Assembly: GCF_964355755.1 (NCBI RefSeq)
Contig: NC_092672.1
Span: forward strand, 6,262,001-6,326,000
Length of the DNA stretch: 64,000 bases
From: Antedon mediterranea
Taxonomy: Eukaryota; Animalia; Echinodermata
Direction: 5' to 3'
In this document: positions 61,001 through 64,000 of the stretch, one piece after another
Layout of the letters: each line of letters begins with the position of its first letter
Numbering within the stretch: the stretch's first letter is position 1
The notes under the pieces: model-generated
Databases searched by the model: none
Told to the model about the DNA's origin: nothing
The model's input: only the letters and a program-made list of their open reading frames with translations
Translations under genes and position numbers: made by a program

Positions 61001-63910
61001 TTTATTCACTTTTGCAGACAATTATTTACTAACATGCTAAGTTAGTTCACAAAAAAGGCCTAACACAGCAACACCAAAAATCAACGAATATTACTCAGCA
61101 CGGCCTATTCTTTACCATTGCCGTGTACTACTGTACGCCCGGTAAATTAAGTATTGTTTTTATGATATAAATTAGTATAAAACACATGTTATTAATAGGA
61201 AAAAATGTTAAATGTCATTAACATTTATTTGTTTTACCAGAAACAAGTTAAATATAGGAATATTATTAAACTATCCTTCGTGAAAACGCGTAAACACCAA
61301 CACGCCCGGTCACGCTATCGTAGCGCCCGGTTGATAAATCAAACTGTTTATACGACAGTTTTTACTAAATAAATTGCATAAAACGAACAATTAAATATAC
61401 AAATAGTATTTAACATGATGTTGGCATGTAGTTGATAACATTTTTTATCATGAAAATACTACCGGTGGTCCAGCCTTTGATTAGTGAAACCGTCACAAAA
61501 AGTTGTATACATCCCAGATACATCCACACTTATGGCGGCGCCCTACCACATGGACAATATTACTGTTACAGGGAAAATCGCGGATTACTCATTCTTGTGA
61601 TATATATTCTTTGGTCCCACACACAGCAGAATTCCTCACACAGCCATGATTGTGGCTTTGTGTGCTTTGTTGTTGTTAAATTGCGCCCTCAATGTAAGAA
61701 AATGATGACGTCATCGGTTATTTTAAGCGTACGTAAAATCGAGGGAACGTAAAATCAGGGTACGTAAAACACAGGTTCTACTGTACAAGGTTGGAACTCA
61801 TAGACTTCTAGTGAAGCTAGCACTGATGTAGTTGCATCTAGCAAGTTGATTTGTTTACACAACTCTATCAAATACTGATGGTATCTTCCGATCTAGTTGT
61901 TTATTATTAAGCTACAATGAATATTTCCTACCTCTCTTATCTCAAGCTCTGCAAGCTGGTCTTCAAATGAATATAATTTACTTTCTCGTTTCATGTTTGC
62001 TTTGTTGAATGCCTCTGACTGTGCAACACTACAAAAACAAAATTTCAATATTTATTTTTAAATAAAGACTTCGGAAATAGGATTGCAAGAGACACTATAT
62101 CCTGTATATCCTCCAGAGTCTGCCAAATTGGCAGGTATTCCCCAGGAATGTTCCAGAGTCTGCATGATTGCCCAGAAGTATCCAACACCGGACTTCTCTC
62201 AGAAATGCATCAGTATTTCTAATCTCAAAATTTTCATAATTTCCTCAAGATCTCTTAAGTGTCCAAGATTTTGCACAGCAGATGATTTATTAATTATATA
62301 CAAATACCATGCAGATTACTTCAATAGCTCAAATTGTTAGCGTGATGACACAAACAGCTTTACAGTATATCAATTTTCTTACCTCGCTAAAGCAGCTTTG
62401 TTATACAGCTCGCCCTCTGGAGTTCTCATAATTTCAAACTCTTCAAAAGTCACATTCACCATCGATGGGTTCTCCAGACATTTGTTAACATGTTCAATAA
62501 TCCTTGTAAACGTGATATTAGGAGCAGTGCATGATAGCGTTTTTAATGCTTCCAACGCAGACTGAAATAATATAAAGAACAAAAATATTGGTTTATTTTA
62601 TTTATTATTGGTGTGAATTTGTTGGTATTTTAGATTTACATTTTGCATATTTGCCAGGTTACAAGCATAGTACAACTAGAGTAGTTGTACAACCTCTGCC
62701 TATAGGAATATGAAAATTTAATGAAGTATTCCCATACAGCTATAAAACAATCCTTTAACTTTTTTTGAGGTAATAAACACTGTACAGGCATAGCAAAACT
62801 CTAATCCACTCAGTATACAGGAAATTTATATAGGAAATCTGTGAGAATGAAAAATGGCTGCCCCAACCATGATTTGAACACAGAATCTTCTGCTTTATAT
62901 GCAGACATCCTACTGGACCATAAGACCAATAGGCTTTTATTCAATTCAATACAAAATTCTTTAATCATCCCACTCAGGGCAATTCAAATAAAAAGGTTTG
63001 GCTATAAAAAGGTTTGGCTATAATAATATAGGCTTTCAAAAATAGAAGAATGTACTGGAAGATTCCATTATATTTTCAGTGTTTTTAATTCTAGGAAAAA
63101 ATAATTGTTTACTTACTTGACTTGTGAAATTCTTGACAATAATTTCAAATATCTTGTCAGCATTATCACTGATGAATTTCTCTGGATCTAGTTTGAACTT
63201 GGCAAGGAATGTTGACCATAGTGACGGTTGGGCATAAACTAGTAATAAAACAGAGTTTTACACGGTTTTTAATATCTAGACAAAGCCGCAAATATTAACA
63301 TATAAACATACATGTATATATAAATTAATTTTCGGAGTTTGATATTTAATTTTTACATTTTTTAAATATTTCATACGCAACAGCGAGTAACTCGCCAATT
63401 ACAGGATGGATAAACTGTTTTATTATTGATCATGCTTATAAACTAAGTCTCATTTGAGGCTTAGAAAGTGGAGTTGAAGAGTGATGAGTTACAACCCTGG
63501 CACTAGGTCAGGATTGAACACCGGACCTTGGGATTGGAAAGCAAGCACGGGAACCACCAAGCTACAGCTCCACTACATTTATACATATATATCATATATC
63601 AAACTTATTCATAAACCCTCTGGTATATTTGGTTATAGAAAGAGAATTGAATGTTCAATTCCACCACGGAATTTGCCCACAAGTGTCATAGCGACCATAT
63701 TTTGAATTTAAATATATAATTGAATATACTATTACCTATGCATGGATGATGAGCTGTCAGTAGTGAGGCTATCATCACACTTGTATTTTCCCCATCAGTA
63801 CTTCCAGCACTGTTTCCCAGTATAATACTCTCCAGGGCAGTGGCTAAAATTTGAGGCCTAACATTCCAAGGATAGGCTTCCTCAGTTATCTCACTATCTG
63901 GATCAGGAAC
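15957..63910 (-). CDS. GCN1: GCN1 (eIF2-alpha kinase GCN2 activator, HEAT-repeat protein), 5'-partial; 33 exons in window, about 2062 aa to stop
   Basis: Join (minus): 63910-63736, 63238-63117, 62561-62383, 62028-61932, 60077-59955, 59845-59644, 59151-58778, 58340-58116, 57508-57381, 57085-56896, 56562-56326, 55726-55532, 55204-54958, 54417-54296, 53718-53604, 53202-53023, 52729-52301, 51386-51190, 50759-50502, 50174-49959, 49757-49593, 48346-48232, 47819-47536, 47048-46779, 43049-42936, 42144-41914, 41480-41284, 40759-40645, 40275-40179, 36350-36208, 35469-35365, 17630-17412, 16079-15957. All introns are GT-AG, phases match and the total is 6189 nt. Hallmark peptides: [74 protein letters not shown]. 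Confidence 0.97.
15998..16010. promoter_or_regulatory. RFX X-box-like palindrome inside GCN1 last exon
   Basis: GTTGCTTAGCAAC, extended perfect palindrome ggttgct-t-agcaacc. Confidence 0.35.
16181..16499. mobile_element. Tigger-like MITE containing nested family A MITE
   Basis: TA-CAGTAGACCC ... GGTTCTATAG-TA. Confidence 0.7.
16233..16387. mobile_element. MITE family A, nested in Tigger-like element
   Basis: TIRs plus internal atatcactaccatatttggg repeats. Confidence 0.85.
17412..17630 (-). CDS. GCN1: GCN1 penultimate exon
   Basis: [10 protein letters not shown]...[21 protein letters not shown]. Confidence 0.94.
18304..18442. mobile_element. MITE family A
   Basis: Degenerate TIRs and family core. 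Confidence 0.82.
19952..20126. mobile_element. Unclassified TIR element
   Basis: cagggaacattttc ... gaaaattttccctg; CTAGG on both flanks; internal tgtagca/ttgcta repeats. Confidence 0.65.
20370..20499. mobile_element. MITE family A
   Basis: Family core; partial left TIR. Confidence 0.8.
21275..21480. repeat. About 40-bp AT-rich minisatellite, about 5 copies
   Basis: (taatattcatct.caatctcattattattcataatcatcat)n. Confidence 0.9.
21811..21882. mobile_element. MITE family A, half copy
   Basis: Right TIR agtttgatagtgtagacagagct. Confidence 0.75.
22495..22631. mobile_element. Tc1/pogo-like MITE (CAGTCAACT family)
   Basis: ta-cagtcaacttttccaataccgg ... ggtattggaagatttgac; paralog at 50324-50472. 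Confidence 0.65.
22792..23000. mobile_element. Harbinger-like MITE family B
   Basis: agcttg...ctaggacgcaac ... tagtgggaaccaagct-taa. Confidence 0.55.
25405..25805 (-). mobile_element. SINE family 2 interrupted by MITE A
   Basis: ccaattacaggatggataaact ... taagtctcatttga ... ctaagctacaactcca. Confidence 0.72.
25519..25676. mobile_element. MITE family A inserted in SINE
   Basis: TAA TSD 25516-25518 and 25677-25679. Confidence 0.9.
25850..25984. mobile_element. MITE family A
   Basis: Both TIRs. Confidence 0.85.
26569..26676. mobile_element. MITE family A, internally deleted
   Basis: TTA TSD; inserted in a Tigger-like end. Confidence 0.85.
28156..28328. repeat. About 90-bp diverged tandem duplication
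   Basis: tcgaaaagtc.ttc.ttgcatactc...caatagctg twice. Confidence 0.8.
30920..31098. mobile_element. Degenerate Tigger-like MITE
   Basis: Repeated cctctatt..ggggacac modules. Confidence 0.55.
31458..31830. repeat. About 160-bp diverged tandem repeat, about 2.4 copies
   Basis: aacttacaagccgcaatgcttta...aatgaatca.cctattgtg. Confidence 0.8.
32009..32130. mobile_element. MITE family A with internal palindromic insertion
   Basis: TIRs; extra 27 nt at 32027-32053. Confidence 0.8.
32940..33255 (+). mobile_element. tRNA-derived SINE family 3
   Basis: gtggccaagc A-box-like, gggttcgaggc B-box-like, ggcgctataga tail. Confidence 0.6.
34176..34319. mobile_element. MITE family A
   Basis: Both TIRs. Confidence 0.87.
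35036..35312. repeat. About 50-bp degenerate tandem repeat, about 6 copies
   Basis: aaagtgcagtgtgcacttct...caacctct. Confidence 0.8.
35365..35469 (-). CDS. GCN1: GCN1 exon preceding the 17.7-kb intron
   Basis: [18 protein letters not shown]...SFTK. Confidence 0.92.
36010..36146 (-). mobile_element. SINE family 3, partial
   Basis: Reverse complement gtggccgagcag...ggttcaaggct...gaggtccagtgtaca. Confidence 0.55.
36208..36350 (-). CDS. GCN1: GCN1 exon
   Basis: [22 protein letters not shown]...ATNDR. Confidence 0.93.
37105..37371 (+). mobile_element. tRNA-derived SINE family 1 (Deu/Nin-like core, L2-type tail)
   Basis: ggcaagacacttta...ccacccaggtgtacaaatgggtacc; tail cactatataaat...(tat)n. 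Confidence 0.75.
38138..39445. repeat. 59-bp tandem array, about 22 copies
   Basis: Unit aatctactgtatagattatttctaacatatttactagttaaacagtcctgcaatagtac. Confidence 0.97.
39432..39633. mobile_element. Hairpin-containing dispersed repeat (unclassified); related pieces at 40523-40625 and 50860-50980
   Basis: Inverted repeat gtgtaatggtacaaataatggcat / atgccattgtttgtaccattacac; ccaatcaaatgacag. Confidence 0.55.
40179..40275 (-). CDS. GCN1: GCN1 exon
   Basis: [15 protein letters not shown]. Confidence 0.92.
40645..40759 (-). CDS. GCN1: GCN1 exon
   Basis: [17 protein letters not shown]. Confidence 0.93.
40951..41090. mobile_element. MITE family A, degenerate
   Basis: Left TIR and core. Confidence 0.75.
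41284..41480 (-). CDS. GCN1: GCN1 exon
   Basis: [22 protein letters not shown]...RVDPLFTEL. Confidence 0.95.
41914..42144 (-). CDS. GCN1: GCN1 exon
   Basis: [16 protein letters not shown]...[13 protein letters not shown]. Confidence 0.95.
42190..42498. mobile_element. MITE family A, partially duplicated (42190-42290 and 42378-42498)
   Basis: TIRs; TTA flanks. Confidence 0.85.
42722..42878. mobile_element. hAT-type MITE
   Basis: TIR CAGTGGC(A/G)TAA; perfect 8-bp TSD AATGCAGG (42714-42721, 42879-42886). Confidence 0.88.
42936..43049 (-). CDS. GCN1: GCN1 exon
   Basis: [21 protein letters not shown]...LPGFCIPGK. Confidence 0.92.
43121..43243. mobile_element. MITE family A
   Basis: Core and right TIR. 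Confidence 0.82.
45535..46296 (-). mobile_element. Helentron-associated (HINE/DINE-1-like) element
   Basis: subTIRs agtcgcgtg (45556-45564) / cacgcgact (46283-46291), hairpin agtcgc..gcgact, (GACA/GACC)n blocks twice, terminal stem-loop ggccaacagcc, A/T-run ends. Confidence 0.75.
46307..46690. mobile_element. Degenerate Tigger-like MITE with nested SINE
   Basis: gtagaacc...gggacac on the left; aaggggacac...attctattgta on the right. Confidence 0.55.
46372..46640 (+). mobile_element. SINE family 1
   Basis: B-box gggtcgaatccc; aagcgcttagag...ggcgctatataaat(tat)n tail. Confidence 0.8.
46779..47048 (-). CDS. GCN1: GCN1 exon
   Basis: [12 protein letters not shown]...[10 protein letters not shown]. 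Confidence 0.94.
47176..47445. mobile_element. MITE family A, full copy plus adjacent half copy
   Basis: 47176-47303 and about 47321-47445. Confidence 0.82.
47536..47819 (-). CDS. GCN1: GCN1 exon
   Basis: [10 protein letters not shown]...[24 protein letters not shown]. Confidence 0.95.
47982..48128. repeat. 80-bp tandem duplication
   Basis: cattgggattgttgtga.gttttatatactgaataaataaaaaa twice. Confidence 0.85.
48232..48346 (-). CDS. GCN1: GCN1 exon
   Basis: [28 protein letters not shown]. Confidence 0.94.
49593..49757 (-). CDS. GCN1: GCN1 exon
   Basis: [29 protein letters not shown]. Confidence 0.95.
49959..50174 (-). CDS. GCN1: GCN1 exon
   Basis: [15 protein letters not shown]...LHVWKIVV. 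Confidence 0.96.
50324..50472. mobile_element. Tc1/pogo-like MITE (CAGTCAACT family)
   Basis: TIR agtcaactttctcaataccggac / gtccggtattgagagagttgact. Confidence 0.72.
50502..50759 (-). CDS. GCN1: GCN1 exon
   Basis: [17 protein letters not shown]...DDNFGTE. Confidence 0.96.
51190..51386 (-). CDS. GCN1: GCN1 exon
   Basis: MSEVIAGLG...[14 protein letters not shown]. Confidence 0.95.
51415..51590. repeat. Dispersed repeat, second copy at 59405-59540
   Basis: gataaccataag..gaattcattcactatc...tttgggagtggagttgta. Confidence 0.75.
51647..52035. repeat. 82-bp tandem array, about 4.7 copies
   Basis: caccttgtttgtttca at 51661, 51743, 51823, 51905, 51987. Confidence 0.95.
52301..52729 (-). CDS. GCN1: GCN1 exon
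   Basis: [15 protein letters not shown]...LLDPVPEVR...DRSGAAQ. Confidence 0.96.
52779..52904. mobile_element. MITE family A
   Basis: Core and right TIR. Confidence 0.78.
53023..53202 (-). CDS. GCN1: GCN1 exon
   Basis: [27 protein letters not shown]...VIRNPEI. Confidence 0.95.
53604..53718 (-). CDS. GCN1: GCN1 exon
   Basis: [26 protein letters not shown]...SWRTK. Confidence 0.95.
53750..53930 (+). mobile_element. SINE family 2
   Basis: gggttcaatcc B-box; same body; A-rich tail. Confidence 0.75.
54296..54417 (-). CDS. GCN1: GCN1 exon
   Basis: [33 protein letters not shown]. Confidence 0.96.
54958..55204 (-). CDS. GCN1: GCN1 exon
   Basis: [12 protein letters not shown]...[13 protein letters not shown]. 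Confidence 0.96.
55532..55726 (-). CDS. GCN1: GCN1 exon
   Basis: [14 protein letters not shown]...[11 protein letters not shown]. Confidence 0.95.
56117..56239. mobile_element. MITE family A
   Basis: Near-perfect 23-bp TIRs. Confidence 0.88.
56326..56562 (-). CDS. GCN1: GCN1 exon
   Basis: [30 protein letters not shown]...VHGK. Confidence 0.95.
56686..56816. mobile_element. MITE family A
   Basis: TTA TSD. Confidence 0.87.
56896..57085 (-). CDS. GCN1: GCN1 exon
   Basis: [29 protein letters not shown]. Confidence 0.93.
57262..57364 (-). mobile_element. HINE-like element family 2, partial
   Basis: gagtaatcctgataaacaaacaaacagac...cataaccttggcagaggtaataa. Confidence 0.6.
57381..57508 (-). CDS. 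GCN1: GCN1 exon
   Basis: [10 protein letters not shown]...[12 protein letters not shown]. Confidence 0.92.
57922..58062. mobile_element. MITE family A
   Basis: TAA TSD. Confidence 0.88.
58116..58340 (-). CDS. GCN1: GCN1 exon
   Basis: [15 protein letters not shown]...[20 protein letters not shown]. Confidence 0.94.
58414..58695 (+). mobile_element. SINE family 1
   Basis: Same core and tail. Confidence 0.75.
58778..59151 (-). CDS. GCN1: GCN1 exon
   Basis: [22 protein letters not shown]...[11 protein letters not shown]. Confidence 0.93.
59644..59845 (-). CDS. GCN1: GCN1 exon
   Basis: [15 protein letters not shown]...LMPSPLAAP. Confidence 0.92.
59955..60077 (-). CDS. GCN1: GCN1 exon
   Basis: [23 protein letters not shown]...RLKE. 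Confidence 0.93.
60431..61783. mobile_element. 1.35-kb non-autonomous Tc1/mariner (pogo/Tigger-like) element
   Basis: TA-CAGTAGAACCTTTATTTTACGTAC ... GTACGTAAAACACAGGTTCTACTG-TA; 24-bp TIR with 2 mismatches; subterminal cgtaaaa repeats; no transposase ORF. Confidence 0.88.
61932..62028 (-). CDS. GCN1: GCN1 exon
   Basis: [24 protein letters not shown]. Confidence 0.93.
62383..62561 (-). CDS. GCN1: GCN1 exon
   Basis: [11 protein letters not shown]...[14 protein letters not shown]. Confidence 0.93.
63117..63238 (-). CDS. GCN1: GCN1 exon
   Basis: [22 protein letters not shown]...; phase 1 to 0. Confidence 0.9.
63340..63573 (-). mobile_element. tRNA-derived SINE family 2
   Basis: Reverse complement head gtggagctgtagcttggtgg...gtgttcaatcc; shared body tttatccatcctgtaattgg. 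Confidence 0.78.
63736..63910 (-). CDS. GCN1: GCN1 exon (first in window)
   Basis: [11 protein letters not shown]...[10 protein letters not shown]; AG/GT flanks. Confidence 0.88.
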
Positions 63911-64000
63911 CTACAATGACATTAAAAATAACATCAATTAAACTGAAAATATCATTTATGGTTTGAATTAAATAGTCTAATTTATATAACACCAAAATAA

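Noticed and set aside
61432-61752. 106-aa ORF inside the pogo-like element as a transposase
   Set aside because: No HTH or DDE motifs
62850-62928. tRNA-like remnants (also about 36545-36610 and 30220-30285)
   Set aside because: Too degenerate to fold or assign; probably SINE heads or old pseudogenes

Overview
AT-rich animal genomic DNA with spliceosomal introns, SINEs, LINE fragments and MITEs. It is probably from a marine invertebrate, possibly an echinoderm (low-confidence inference). There are two protein-coding genes, both on the minus strand. (1) The 3' three-quarters of GCN1 (eIF2-alpha kinase GCN2 activator, HEAT repeats): 33 GT-AG exons traced by hand from 63910 to the stop at 15957, phase-consistent, 6189 nt, about 2062 aa. 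It has one outsized 17.7-kb intron (17631-35364). (2) A GAS2L1/GAS2L2 (pickled-eggs-like) gene: the CH-domain coding exon is 6343-7050, with its acceptor at 7256 and a candidate promoter plus non-coding first exon at about 14469-14605; the GAR-domain exons lie beyond the window start. Introns hold about 20 copies of one PIF/Harbinger-type MITE (TWA TSD), pogo/Tigger-like and hAT MITEs, Helentron-associated (HINE/DINE-like) elements, three tRNA-derived SINE families, LINE remnants, a tRNA-Leu(CAA) fragment and several tandem arrays. The most unusual signal is the palindrome TAGGCCTA: 19 copies in the CpG-retaining first 13 kb and essentially none in the CpG-poor GCN1 body. Other notable items are RFX X-boxes near the GAS2L gene (one inside GCN1 coding sequence), a uORF-dense GAS2L leader, duplicated GCN1 splice sites and a class of tiny palindromic insertions. 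All counts and coordinates were made by eye.
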